Origin: Sphaerochaetaceae bacterium | Lineage (GTDB): Bacteria; Spirochaetota; Spirochaetia; Sphaerochaetales; Sphaerochaetaceae | Direction of reading: 5' to 3' | NCBI GenBank assembly: GCA_050950065.1 | Contig: JBMNGX010000005.1 | Coordinates: forward strand, 30,957-94,956 | DNA length: 64,000 bases | Part shown: in pieces, positions 37,705 to 47,945 of the stretch | Layout of the letters: each line of letters opens with the position of its first letter | Position numbering within the stretch: the stretch's first letter is position 1 | Program-made: the position numbers and the translations under genes | The notes under the pieces: generated by a model | What the model was told of the DNA's origin: nothing | Databases searched by the model: none | The model's input: only the letters and a program-made list of their open reading frames with translations

Positions 37705-38411
37705 TGGGAAAAGTTGCAATTGTTACCGGTGGATCACGCGGTATTGGTAAAGAGATTGTTTTAAATTTTGCAGATCAAAATATTAAAGTTTACTATCTAT
37801 CTCGCACTAAAGGATTTGATACAGATAGACCTCTTATCAAACACATACAGTGTGATATGGGAAAAGCTGATGAAGTTGAATCTGCTTTAAAAACAATCTT
37901 AGAAGAGGATCCTAAGATCGATATCTTAGTTAACAACGCTGGTATTACCCGCGATGGGTTAATTATGAGGATGAGTGATGAAGGATGGGATGAGGTCATT
38001 AAAATTAATCTAACATCTGCTTTTTTAACTAGTCGAAGAATTGGACGCATAATGGCAAACAATAGAAAAGGGGCAATTATCAACATTAGCTCTGTTGTTG
38101 GAATAATAGGCAACGGAGGACAAACTAACTATGCAGCTTCCAAAGCAGGTCTCATTGGTTTTTCTAAAAGCTTGGCTCGTGAACTTTCTCAAAGAAACAT
38201 TCGAGTAAACGTTGTAGCTCCAGGATTTATTGAAACTGAGATGACCGATGTTTTACCATCCTCAATTAAAGAGAATTTAAATCAACAAATACCATTAGGG
38301 AGAATAGGAAGTGCCAAAGAGGTTGCTTCAGTTGTCTCCTTTTTAGCATCAGAAGAGTCTTCCTACATAACTGGTCAAGTAATTGCAGTTGATGGTGGAA
38401 TGGCAATGTAG
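37704..38411 (+). CDS. fabG: 3-oxoacyl-ACP reductase
   Basis: VTGGSRGIGK, NNAGITRD and YAASKAG, in the fab operon position. Confidence 0.88.
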   Translation: MGKVAIVTGGSRGIGKEIVLNFADQNIKVYYLSRTKGFDTDRPLIKHIQCDMGKADEVESALKTILEEDPKIDILVNNAGITRDGLIMRMSDEGWDEVIKINLTSAFLTSRRIGRIMANNRKGAIINISSVVGIIGNGGQTNYAASKAGLIGFSKSLARELSQRNIRVNVVAPGFIETEMTDVLPSSIKENLNQQIPLGRIGSAKEVASVVSFLASEESSYITGQVIAVDGGMAM

Positions 38412-38421
38412 GAGAAAGAAG

Positions 38422-39663
38422 ATGAACAGAAGAGTAGTTGTCACAGGAATGGGTGCAGTTACCCCTTTAGGAAACAGTGTAAATGAACTTTGGCAAGGGA
38501 TTAAAAGTGGTAAAAGTGGTATTGGAAAGTTAACTAGATTTGATAGCGAAGAGTATCCAATTAAAATAGCTGCTGAGGTTAAAGATTTTGAACCCACTAC
38601 TTTATTAGATCGTAAAGAGGTGCGTTCAATGGCCGATTTTACCCAATTTGCTGCATACGCAGCAGTACAAGCAGTTAATCAGGCAAATTTAGAGGGAAAC
38701 TTTGATCCTTACAGAGCTGGAATTTATATGGGTAATGGAATTGGAGGCTTTGAAGTCGTTGAAGAGAATTTAGCAAAGCTTTTTGAAAAAGGGCCCCGTT
38801 CTGTAGCTCCTTTAACAATTCCAAAACTAATAGCAAATGAGGCTGCTGGAAACATTGCTATGAAGTACCAAATAAAAGGACCTTGTCATACAACAGTGAC
38901 TGCCTGTGCTAGTGGGACTGATGCAATAGGAGAAGCCTTCCATGCAATTAAGTTCAACCAAGTTGATGTGGCAATCACTGGTGGTACTGAAGGGGCTATT
39001 ACCCAATTAGCAGTAGCAGGTTTTGCCCGCCTCCAAGCTTTATCAACTGCCTTTAACGACACTCCTGAAAAAGCGTGCCGCCCATTTTCTGCCTCTAGAG
39101 ATGGATTTATTATAGGTGAAGGTGCAGGTGTTTTAGTTTTAGAGGAACTCCAACACGCCTTAGATCGAGGTGCTACCATCTTAGGAGAGATTATTGGTTA
39201 CTCAATGACTTGTGATGCTTTTCACTTAACAGCTCCCGATCCTGAAGGGGATGGGGCTGCAAGGGCAATGATGGGAGCAATTAAAGAGGGGAACATTGAG
39301 GCAACTGAAGTTGATTATATCAATGCCCATGGAACAAGCACCCAAGCTAACGATGTTATGGAAACTAAAGCTATTAAAAAAGTTTTTGGTCCTCACGCTT
39401 ATAAGTTAAAAGTCTCTTCAACAAAATCTATGACAGGACACTTAATTGCTGCAGCAGGGGCTGTTGAGGCAATTATTACCCTATTGGCAATGAGAGACTC
39501 TTATTATCCCCCTACGATAAACTTAGAGGATAAAGATCCCGAATGTGACCTTGATTATGTAGCTAATCAGGGCCAAAATGGGAATATTAAATATGCATTA
39601 AGTGAGTCGTTGGGATTTGGCGGACACAATGGAGCACTGTTGTTTGCCAAATACGATGGATAA
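38422..39663 (+). CDS. fabF: 3-oxoacyl-ACP synthase II
   Basis: Start at the ATG at 38422, behind GGAGAAAG. RVVVTGMGAVTPLG, the active-site Cys (TACASG), HGTST and GFGGHN. Confidence 0.9.
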   Translation: MNRRVVVTGMGAVTPLGNSVNELWQGIKSGKSGIGKLTRFDSEEYPIKIAAEVKDFEPTTLLDRKEVRSMADFTQFAAYAAVQAVNQANLEGNFDPYRAGIYMGNGIGGFEVVEENLAKLFEKGPRSVAPLTIPKLIANEAAGNIAMKYQIKGPCHTTVTACASGTDAIGEAFHAIKFNQVDVAITGGTEGAITQLAVAGFARLQALSTAFNDTPEKACRPFSASRDGFIIGEGAGVLVLEELQHALDRGATILGEIIGYSMTCDAFHLTAPDPEGDGAARAMMGAIKEGNIEATEVDYINAHGTSTQANDVMETKAIKKVFGPHAYKLKVSSTKSMTGHLIAAAGAVEAIITLLAMRDSYYPPTINLEDKDPECDLDYVANQGQNGNIKYALSESLGFGGHNGALLFAKYDG

Positions 39664-39674
39664 AGGAGTTTTTG

Positions 39675-40121
39675 ATGGAAGTATATAAAGAGGTTAAATC
39701 TTTAATACCTCATAGAAGTCCATTTCTATTTGTTGATCAGTTAACTGAAGTTAATGAAAAAATAATCAAAGGGAGATTTAAGTTCAAAAAAGAGATCTCC
39801 TTTTTTGAAGGGCACTTTCCTAACTATCCAGTAGTACCAGGGGTAATTTTAGTTGAGAGTATGGCTCAATGTGGGGGAGCTGGATTACAACAGATGGGAA
39901 TCTATGATCCTGCCTCACTTTTTGTGTTAGCAACAGTTGAAAAAGCTAAATTTAGAAACCAAGTGAAACCAGATGATACAGTAGAAATTGAGATTGAGAA
40001 TTTAAGAATCTCCTCTATGATGTTTCGTCAAAGTGGTAAAGTTTATGTAGATAATGAGATTGCTGCTGAAGCAACTTGGATGTGTGTAATTGCATCTAGT
40101 GGAGATTCCGATGATAATTAA
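39675..40121 (+). CDS. fabZ: 3-hydroxyacyl-ACP dehydratase
   Basis: LIPHRSPFLFVD and FFEGHFP..PV.PGVI hot-dog motifs. ATG at 39675, behind AAGGAG. Confidence 0.9.
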   Translation: MEVYKEVKSLIPHRSPFLFVDQLTEVNEKIIKGRFKFKKEISFFEGHFPNYPVVPGVILVESMAQCGGAGLQQMGIYDPASLFVLATVEKAKFRNQVKPDDTVEIEIENLRISSMMFRQSGKVYVDNEIAAEATWMCVIASSGDSDDN

Positions 40122-41298
40122 ACAAAAGATAATGAGAAACGTCTCTTTAACTGCCCACCCTCAAGGGTGTAAGTTGTTTGTTAAAGAGCAAATTAAGTAC
40201 TTAGAAGAAAATATTAATCCTAAGCAAAAAGAGCTCTTTCCTAAAAAGGTCTTAGTTTTAGGGGGCTCAACTGGGTATGGACTAGGTTCTAGAATGGTAG
40301 CAGCTATCAACGGAGGTGCTGCAACCATAAACGTCTCTTTTGAAAGAGAACCTAGTAGTAACAAGGTTGCTACCCCAGGATATTATAATACAATCGCCTT
40401 TGAACAAGAGGCTCATAAACGCTCTCTATATGCAAAATCTATTTTTGGTGATGCCTTTTCTGATGAAGTAAAAGAGCAAGTAGCTACCTTAATTAAAGAT
40501 GATTTAGGGCAAGTAGACTTGGTTGTCTACTCATTAGCATCCCCTTTAAGAATTGATCCAAAAACAAAAGAGACTTATCGCTCAGTAATTAAACCAATAG
40601 GAAAAAACTTTGAAGCTTTATCAGTTGATACTGCAACTGGCATAGTCGAAAAAGCTGTTATAGAACCTGCAGATGAGATGCAAAGCTCAGAGACCATTAA
40701 GGTTATGGGGGGAGAGGATTGGATTTTATGGATTGAATATTTAAAAGAGCGAAATCTTTTAGCTGATGGAGTCAAAAGTGTTGCCTATTCATACATAGGG
40801 CCTGAAATCACCTACCCAGTATATAGAGAGGGGACAATAGGGAAAGCTAAAGAGCATTTAGAAAAAAGTGCCCATCAAATTGATAAGATGCTTAAAGAAC
40901 TTGATGGAGAAGCTTATGTTTCAATTAACAAAGCTTTAGTTACTAGAGCTAGTAGTGTTATCCCAGTAGTGCCTCTTTACATAGCTATTTTATACAAGGT
41001 AATGAAAGAAAAAAATATCCACGAAGAGTCGACTCAACAGATGCTTAGGCTCTTTAACGATCGCCTTTATGCAACCTCAAAAGTACCTACAGACTCTGAA
41101 AATAGAATTAGAGTTGATGATTGGGAGATGCAAGAAGATGTTCAAAAAGAGGTTTTAAGAAGGTGGAATTTACAAAAAGAGGGAAGTACAATTATTGAAG
41201 CTGATCTAGATGGATTTAAAAAAGAGTATGACAATATTCACGGTTTTGGGTATAGCGAAATCGATTACGATAAGGATGTAGATCCAACAATTGTGTAA
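40111..41298 (+). CDS. fabV: enoyl-ACP reductase FabV (trans-2-enoyl-CoA reductase family)
   Basis: Start at the ATG at 40111 (MIIKQKIMRNVSLTAHPQGC, the typical FabV N-terminus). About 396 aa; overlaps the fabZ stop. Confidence 0.85.
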   Translation: MIIKQKIMRNVSLTAHPQGCKLFVKEQIKYLEENINPKQKELFPKKVLVLGGSTGYGLGSRMVAAINGGAATINVSFEREPSSNKVATPGYYNTIAFEQEAHKRSLYAKSIFGDAFSDEVKEQVATLIKDDLGQVDLVVYSLASPLRIDPKTKETYRSVIKPIGKNFEALSVDTATGIVEKAVIEPADEMQSSETIKVMGGEDWILWIEYLKERNLLADGVKSVAYSYIGPEITYPVYREGTIGKAKEHLEKSAHQIDKMLKELDGEAYVSINKALVTRASSVIPVVPLYIAILYKVMKEKNIHEESTQQMLRLFNDRLYATSKVPTDSENRIRVDDWEMQEDVQKEVLRRWNLQKEGSTIIEADLDGFKKEYDNIHGFGYSEIDYDKDVDPTIV

Positions 41299-41319
41299 GT
41301 AAAATATTCAAATTGTGTT

Positions 41320-41345
41320 AGAGGGGGAGTGTTCCCCCTCTTTTC
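41320..41345 (+). terminator. rho-independent terminator after fabV
   Basis: AGAGGGGGA-GTGT-TCCCCCTCT followed by a T-run. Confidence 0.85.
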
Positions 41346-41394
41346 ATTTGCCACCTACTCTGATACATTCACAGATGGTTTACAAGGAGAATTT

Positions 41395-43062
41395 ATGATT
41401 TATCAAATACTGTTAGTTGTTGGCAGCCTAGGTCTCTTTCTATATGGGATGAAGACGATGAGCGACGGCATACAGAAAGTTGCCGGTGATCGTTTACAAT
41501 CTGTATTAAACTTTATGACAGGCAATCGGGTTGCAGCTATCTTTACCGGTATAGCTGTTACAGCGATAGTTCAATCTTCTTCAGCAACTACTGTAATGGT
41601 CGTTAGTTTTGTAAATGCTGGCCTTTTATCATTAATCCAATCTATTGGTGTTATAATGGGTGCCAACATTGGAACCACTGTGACTGGTTGGGTTATTGCA
41701 CTAGCTGGTTTTAAAGTAGACATAAGCGTTGTGGCTCTACCAGTAGTTGGACTTGGTTTTATCTTTTTGATTTTTAAGAAACTTAGAAAAGAGGCTCTAG
41801 GGGAATTTCTTATTGGATTTGGGTTGTTGTTTTTAGGTCTCGAGTTTCTAAAAGGTTCAGTTCCCGACATTGAAAATAACCCTGAAATTCTCCATTTCAT
41901 AACCGATTTTACCAACTACGGTTTTTGGTCGTACCTATTTTTTGTGGTAGTTGGAACTATCTTAACAGTAATTGTTCAATCCTCTTCTGCTGCAATGGCA
42001 ATCACCTTAACAATGGCATATGCTGGATGGATCGATTATCCAACAGCTGCTGCTATTATTTTGGGTGAGAACATAGGAACTACTGTTACTGCTTACATAG
42101 CTTCATTAGGAACTTCAGTAAATGCTCGCAGAGCTTCACGAGCTCACATAGTTTTTAACATAATGGGTGTAATTTTAATTACTCCGTTTTTTGTCCCCTT
42201 CTTAAAATTGGTAAATATGCTAGTGCCAGGAGATGCATACGGATTAAATGCTGCCAAAGCAATGCCTCTTCATTTAGCAATGTTTCACACCCTCTTTAAT
42301 ATTGCTAACACTCTAGCATTTGTCTTTTTTATTCCACAAATAGCTAGACTCGTCTCTTTCTTAGTTCCCGATGATGGAAAAGATCCAGGTCCATACAAAC
42401 TTAAGTACCTTAGAGCCTCAATGCAAGAGACCCCTGAACTAACGTTGTTAACTGTTCAAAGGGAATTGCTAAAGATGGCTGATATTGTAACTGATATGTT
42501 TACCCGCTTTTGGACACTCTTTACTAAAGAGGATGAACTGCATACAGATGAAGTTGAAGTTCAAAAGAACATGGAAGATCTTACTGACCAGATGCAAGAG
42601 GAGATTACCAAGTTCCTTTCGCAAGCTAGTATGGATAACATGAACCGAGTTAGTGCTAAAAACGTTGTTAGCATGATGAGAATAACAAATGAATTGGAAA
42701 GTATTGGTGATAGTTGTTACAACTTGATGATTTTAACTGAGCGGAGAATAAGAAATAACGTTGAAATTGATGCAGAGGCTATTGAAAGTTTAACCCCCTA
42801 TATCGATTTGGTTAATCAGTTCCTCCGTTTTATAAAAAGTCACCTCAACGAACACGTTACCAGTGAGAATATGATGGTTGCAGTTAGATTAGAAGATAAG
42901 ATTAATAAGATGAGAAACATCTTAAAAGAGTCTGCTTCTGCTAGATTGCAAAATGGGGCTGATGTAAAAGGGGAGCTACTTTATATAGACATAGTTCGCC
43001 ACGTTGAACAAATTGGGGATCACTGTTTAAACGTAGCTCAAAGTTTAGCTAGGTTAAGGTAG
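41395..43062 (+). CDS. Na/Pi cotransporter family protein with PhoU-like C-terminal domain
   Basis: Start at the ATG at 41395, behind AAGGAGA. Duplicated NptA motif (QSSSATT / QSSSAAM). Helical PhoU-like C-terminal repeats. Confidence 0.8.
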   Translation: MIYQILLVVGSLGLFLYGMKTMSDGIQKVAGDRLQSVLNFMTGNRVAAIFTGIAVTAIVQSSSATTVMVVSFVNAGLLSLIQSIGVIMGANIGTTVTGWVIALAGFKVDISVVALPVVGLGFIFLIFKKLRKEALGEFLIGFGLLFLGLEFLKGSVPDIENNPEILHFITDFTNYGFWSYLFFVVVGTILTVIVQSSSAAMAITLTMAYAGWIDYPTAAAIILGENIGTTVTAYIASLGTSVNARRASRAHIVFNIMGVILITPFFVPFLKLVNMLVPGDAYGLNAAKAMPLHLAMFHTLFNIANTLAFVFFIPQIARLVSFLVPDDGKDPGPYKLKYLRASMQETPELTLLTVQRELLKMADIVTDMFTRFWTLFTKEDELHTDEVEVQKNMEDLTDQMQEEITKFLSQASMDNMNRVSAKNVVSMMRITNELESIGDSCYNLMILTERRIRNNVEIDAEAIESLTPYIDLVNQFLRFIKSHLNEHVTSENMMVAVRLEDKINKMRNILKESASARLQNGADVKGELLYIDIVRHVEQIGDHCLNVAQSLARLR

Positions 43063-43064
43063 TA

Positions 43065-43577
43065 ATGATTAGAGAATATTTAGGTCATAGACCACAAGTA
43101 GATAAAGCTGCCTTTGTTGCCTCAAGTGCAGAAGTAATAGGGCAAGTTGTTTTAGGTCAGGATGCTTCAGTATGGTATTGTGCCACCTTAAGAGGAGACA
43201 ATGCCCCAATTATTATTGGCGATCGAAGCAACGTTCAAGATAATGCTGTGATTCACGTCAACGAAGGAGATCCTGTTCATATCGGAGAAGATGTCACTAT
43301 TGGACATACTGCCATAGTGCACGCTTGTACAATCCACAACAGAGTCTTAATTGGAATGGGGGCAATCATTTTAGATTACTCAGTTATTAATGACGATACG
43401 ATTGTTGGAGCTGGTGCTTTAGTTCCCATGAATAAAGAGTATCCACCGGGGGTGTTGCTACTAGGCTCTCCTGCTAAAGTTGTACGAGAACTTACTGATG
43501 AGGAGATTATGGCAATTCGGACCAACGCAATTCACTATATCGACATCTCCTTAAAGCATGTAAAATCGGGCAACTAA
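43065..43577 (+). CDS. gamma-class carbonic anhydrase-like hexapeptide-repeat protein
   Basis: 170 aa with a left-handed beta-helix and the YrdA/PaaY-type pattern (...VWYCATLRGD...IGDRSNVQDNAVIH). Confidence 0.8.
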   Translation: MIREYLGHRPQVDKAAFVASSAEVIGQVVLGQDASVWYCATLRGDNAPIIIGDRSNVQDNAVIHVNEGDPVHIGEDVTIGHTAIVHACTIHNRVLIGMGAIILDYSVINDDTIVGAGALVPMNKEYPPGVLLLGSPAKVVRELTDEEIMAIRTNAIHYIDISLKHVKSGN

Positions 43578-43611
43578 AAAAAATACCGTGTCACTCGACA
43601 CGGTACTTTTA
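43576..43611. terminator. bidirectional terminator between convergent genes
   Basis: A-run, then TACCGTGTC-ACTC-GACACGGTA, then CTTTTA. Confidence 0.8.
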
Positions 43612-43625
43612 TATCCAACCACTTT

Positions 43626-44708
43626 TTATTTATCAGGATTAGGTACCATAAAGTCTCTAATAGTACTTAAAGTATCTTCATAACCTGCAATAAATGATCT
43701 AAGGGTACGAGCTGTTGAACCAAAGCCAATAAACTCAGAAGGCTCCATTCCATTTGGCTCATAAGCACGGACAAAGTCTTTAAAGTATTTTGATAAATCG
43801 TCAATGATAGCTTGATCAACACTGGTGTTAATGCGATCAACAACTTCAATATCACTTCCATTGATCAATCTTTGCCATTTGTATGGGATGGTGATAACAA
43901 CATCGCCACCAATGAACTCTGACCAGTGGTAGTGGTTTCTAAAAGCAGCAGATAATAGACGGGTTTTATATTTTCTTTCGTTGAAAATCTCATAAGCACG
44001 TTTGAAAGCTGCAACACCTGCCCACTCCATAATCTCAGGATCAACTAAGATGTTCTCTTTATTAGCAACAACTTTTAACCAATCATCCAATCGGCCAACC
44101 ATGATTGTACAAACTGGACTCATAGTAGAGACATCTTTGCCCTCTTTCTTTCTTCTTTCTAGTCCTCTTTCAACAGCTTCTGCAACAGCGATAGCTTGAG
44201 GAACTGTGAAACAAACAGTTGCGTTGATGTTAACACCAGCAGCGGTGGCATCTTCAATTGCTTGAACACCAGCGTCGTTAACAGGCATCTTTACTTGCAT
44301 ATTAGGAGCTAGAGTATCAAAATAGATTGCTTGATCACTCATTAACTTAGCGTTGCGGTAGTTCCTAGCGTTTGTTTGAATTGAGATTCTCCCTTTAAGC
44401 CCTTTCTCACGATCAAAAACTGGTTTTAGAATCTCTGCACTTTTGATGGCCATTGCTTCGTTTAGCTTCCAAGTGATGTCCTCTTCAGTTCCATTAACAA
44501 ACTCTTTGTTTAGTTTTTTAATGGTATCTTCCCAAAGATGCATCTCTTTTTTGAGAACATTGCCGACGATGACTGGGTTGGTTGTTGCACCAACTGCACC
44601 ATGCTCGACAGCATAATTGAGCTCTTCAATAGAGCAAGAGTCGTTCCACCAATCTGTTTTGGTAGTGGTTGCCATTTCTAGCAATGGGCTTTTTTTAGCA
44701 TTAGCCAT
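43626..44708 (-). CDS. transaldolase-family protein (long form)
   Basis: Start moved to the ATG at 44708. GATTNP motif and a Schiff-base lysine context (NMQVKMP). Confidence 0.8.
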   Translation of the reverse strand: MANAKKSPLLEMATTTKTDWWNDSCSIEELNYAVEHGAVGATTNPVIVGNVLKKEMHLWEDTIKKLNKEFVNGTEEDITWKLNEAMAIKSAEILKPVFDREKGLKGRISIQTNARNYRNAKLMSDQAIYFDTLAPNMQVKMPVNDAGVQAIEDATAAGVNINATVCFTVPQAIAVAEAVERGLERRKKEGKDVSTMSPVCTIMVGRLDDWLKVVANKENILVDPEIMEWAGVAAFKRAYEIFNERKYKTRLLSAAFRNHYHWSEFIGGDVVITIPYKWQRLINGSDIEVVDRINTSVDQAIIDDLSKYFKDFVRAYEPNGMEPSEFIGFGSTARTLRSFIAGYEDTLSTIRDFMVPNPDK

Positions 44709-44971
44709 ATTTAATCCCCTTATAAATATTAAATTTCTCAAATTGTGAGTACATCACATCTTCGAGTATATTTTTTGATAAAGCAAATAAAAAAGCTCAG
44801 TTGTTAAATCAATTGCTTAACCTTTCAATTACCTATCATACACAAAATAAAATTTAATTGCAATTGTCTGATAATAGATTGACTAGAAATAATATTAGAT
44901 GTACAGTTAATCAGAAAATTAGATAATCTGTTATTTTATAAAGCGAAAGCTATACGATGAAGGAGTAATAA

Positions 44972-46378
44972 ATGGGACAAACTGATTCTTTAGAGAAAGC
45001 AAAAAGTTATATTGCAACATTAGTTGAACGTGCTCGCACAGCTCAAAAAACAATTGAGTTTGCAACTCAAGAGGAAGTTGATCGAGTTGCTGAGGCTCTT
45101 TGTTATAGAGCAGTACAACCAGAATTTGCCCGCTCTTTAGCTGAATTTGCAGTAGAAGAGTCTAAAATGGGTGATGTTGAAAGTAAGTATGCGAAAATGA
45201 TGAATAAAGTGAGAGGCGGCTGGTTTGACATGAAAGGTCAAAAATCAGTTGGCATCATAGAAGAAGATAGTGTTAACAACTTAGTTAAGATTGCTAAACC
45301 TGTTGGAGTTTTAGGAGCTATCATCCCAAGTACCAACTGTGAAGCAACTCCTGTTTTAAAAGCTGCTTGGGCAATTAAAACAAGAAACGCCGTCATTATG
45401 GCTCCCCACCCAAGAACTGTTAAAACTAACGGTATCGTTGTTGATATGATGAGAGGAGTTTTAGCAGAGTATGGGATGGACCAAGATTTAATTATCAACA
45501 TGGACCAAGTCTCTTTTGATACAAGTGGACAACTAATGGCCCAATGTGACCTTATTTTAGCAACAGGTGGACCTGGGATGGTTGCAGCAGCTTATTCAAG
45601 TGGTACACCAGCTTACGGAGTGGGGGCAGGAAACGCCGTTACTATCGTTGATGATACCCAAGAGATGAGCGTTGTTGCCGATAAAATTAGAAGGTCAAAA
45701 ACTTTTGACCAAGCAACTAGCTGTTCTGCTGAAAACGGCGCTGTAGTTAAAGAGAATGTTTACGATGAATTTATTGCAGCAATGGAAAAAGAGGGTGGAT
45801 ACTTAGTTAATAGCGAAGAGAAAAAGAAATTAGAAAAAGCTATTTGGCCTGATGGGAAAGTTTTGAACAGAGAAGCTGTTGCCCAACATGCTGCTAAAAT
45901 TGCCTCAATTGCAGGCATTGATCTTCCTGAAGGAAAAAGTTTCTTTATGGTAGAAGAGAGTGGAATTGGCTCTGATTATCCTTTCTCAGGTGAAAAGCTT
46001 TCAGTAGTTATTGCCATTTACAAATACAGTGACTTTGATGAGGCTGTTGAGATGATCAACCAAATTACCACCTTCAGCGGAGCAGGTCACTCTTGTGGAA
46101 TTCACACCTCAGATCGAGACAAAGTTATTAAACTTGCCGAAAAAGTTCACGTATCGAGAATTATGGTTAACCAACCTCAAAGTTTGAGTAACAGTGGTTC
46201 TTGGACAAATGGAATGCCAACAACCTTAACTTTAGGTTGTGGTACTTGGGGTGGAAATATTATTAGTGAGAATATAACTTGGAAACACCTTCTTAACACA
46301 ACTTGGGTATCTTTCCCAATTGAAAACAAACAGCCAAGTGATGAACAATTGTTCTCAGAAGAAGTTAGATCGAAATAA
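44972..46378 (+). CDS. CoA-acylating aldehyde dehydrogenase (SucD/EutE/PduP-like)
   Basis: 468 aa of the ALDH superfamily, with the catalytic Cys in ATSCSAENG and the short CoA-acylating architecture. AAGGAG RBS. Confidence 0.7.
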   Translation: MGQTDSLEKAKSYIATLVERARTAQKTIEFATQEEVDRVAEALCYRAVQPEFARSLAEFAVEESKMGDVESKYAKMMNKVRGGWFDMKGQKSVGIIEEDSVNNLVKIAKPVGVLGAIIPSTNCEATPVLKAAWAIKTRNAVIMAPHPRTVKTNGIVVDMMRGVLAEYGMDQDLIINMDQVSFDTSGQLMAQCDLILATGGPGMVAAAYSSGTPAYGVGAGNAVTIVDDTQEMSVVADKIRRSKTFDQATSCSAENGAVVKENVYDEFIAAMEKEGGYLVNSEEKKKLEKAIWPDGKVLNREAVAQHAAKIASIAGIDLPEGKSFFMVEESGIGSDYPFSGEKLSVVIAIYKYSDFDEAVEMINQITTFSGAGHSCGIHTSDRDKVIKLAEKVHVSRIMVNQPQSLSNSGSWTNGMPTTLTLGCGTWGGNIISENITWKHLLNTTWVSFPIENKQPSDEQLFSEEVRSK

Positions 46379-46394
46379 GTAGAGGGGGAATTAA

Positions 46395-47945
46395 ATGAGC
46401 ACACCCGATAATATTCAAAGGTTAGAGAGAATGAGAAAGTCCCTCTATGATGGGGGAGGAGAGCAAAGAAAGGCAAACCAAAAGGCTAAAGGGAAGTTCA
46501 CGGCTCGTGAAAGAATTGAACAACTAGTTGATAAAGGAACTTTTGTTGAGTACAACCCCTACATGACCAGCCGTGCTGTAGAATTTGGGATGGAAAAACA
46601 TCGCCTATTTGGTGATGGAGTTGTAACAGGTACCGGCTTAGTTAATGGTCGTCAAGTTTGGATCTCTTCTCAGGACTTTACAATTTTAGGGGGCTCATTA
46701 GGAGAGCAACACGCTGAAAAGATTGCCCGTGTTCAAGAAATGGCTTTAAAAACAAAAAGCCCATTTATCCAAATAAATGACTCTGGTGGAGCTAGAATCC
46801 AAGAGGGAGTTTATTCGTTGGATGGGTATGGAAAAATCTTTAGAAACAACATTATCTCCAGCGGAGTAATTCCCCAAATATCGTTAATTTTAGGTCCATG
46901 TGCAGGTGGAGCTGCCTATTCACCTGCCATTACAGACTTTGTCTTCATGGTTGATAATGTCAGCCAAATGTACATCACAGGACCCGATGTTATTAAAGCT
47001 GTTACAGGTGAAGATGTTACCCACGATAATTTAGGTGGAGCTAGTGCCCACGCTAAAAAAAGTGGGAATGCCCATTTTCACTGTAAAGATGAGAAGGAGT
47101 GTTTTGAACAAGTAAAAGAGTTGTTAGGACGCCTTCCTGCTAATAACACAGAAAATCCTCCAGTGAAAACAGGCAAAGCAAAGCCTAGCAGTGTAACTGG
47201 TAAAATTGATGCAATAATTAAAGAGCGTGCTACAAAGTCGTACGACATGAGAGAAGTAATTGAAGAACTTTTTGATGAAGGAAGCTTCTTTGAGGTTCAC
47301 AAAGAGTTTGCTCTAAATATTATTGTTGGTTTTGCCCACTTAGAGGGGCGTAGTGTTGGTCTTATTGCCAACCAGCCTCGCTACCTATCAGGAACTTTAG
47401 ATATTAACTCATCAGATAAAGCAGCTCGCTTTGTCAGATTCTGTGACGCTTTTAATATCCCTGTAATCTCACTAGTTGATGTTCCCGGTTATATGCCCGG
47501 AACAACTCAAGAGTGGAACGGAATCATTAGGCACGGAGCGAAGCTACTTTACTCAATTGGTGAAGCTACAGTGCCCAAAGTTGCCTTAATCGTTCGTAAA
47601 GCGTATGGAGGAGCTTACATAGCAATGTCCTCTCGAACTTTAGGATTTGATCGAGTCTTATCACTGCCCACAGCAGAAGTTGCTGTAATGGGGGCAGAGG
47701 GGGCTGCAAACATTATCTTTAGAAGAGAAATTGAAGCAAGCCAAGATCCCGTTGCTGTTAGAAATCAAAAGATTGAAGAGTTTAGAGAGAACTCTATGAA
47801 TCCATTTGTTTCAGCTGCTTCAGGGATGGTTGATGATGTGGTTGCCCCATCAGAAGCTCGTCAGGCACTAATTCACTCCCTTGCCTCTTTATCAACAAAA
47901 AGTGAAACAAGGCCTGCTAAAAAACATGGAAATATTCCTCTATGA
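46395..47945 (+). CDS. acyl-CoA carboxyltransferase (methylmalonyl-CoA decarboxylase alpha / propionyl-CoA carboxylase beta family)
   Basis: 516 aa with two crotonase-like CT halves. Typical N-terminus (GGGEQRKANQKAKGKFTARERIEQL) and a GGAYIAM motif. Confidence 0.85.
   Translation: MSTPDNIQRLERMRKSLYDGGGEQRKANQKAKGKFTARERIEQLVDKGTFVEYNPYMTSRAVEFGMEKHRLFGDGVVTGTGLVNGRQVWISSQDFTILGGSLGEQHAEKIARVQEMALKTKSPFIQINDSGGARIQEGVYSLDGYGKIFRNNIISSGVIPQISLILGPCAGGAAYSPAITDFVFMVDNVSQMYITGPDVIKAVTGEDVTHDNLGGASAHAKKSGNAHFHCKDEKECFEQVKELLGRLPANNTENPPVKTGKAKPSSVTGKIDAIIKERATKSYDMREVIEELFDEGSFFEVHKEFALNIIVGFAHLEGRSVGLIANQPRYLSGTLDINSSDKAARFVRFCDAFNIPVISLVDVPGYMPGTTQEWNGIIRHGAKLLYSIGEATVPKVALIVRKAYGGAYIAMSSRTLGFDRVLSLPTAEVAVMGAEGAANIIFRREIEASQDPVAVRNQKIEEFRENSMNPFVSAASGMVDDVVAPSEARQALIHSLASLSTKSETRPAKKHGNIPL

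Noticed and set aside
38412-38421. Expected acpP between fabG and fabF
   Set aside because: The gap is 10 nt, and no ACP-like ORF exists in any frame within the cluster. Recorded as a true absence, not a missed gene.
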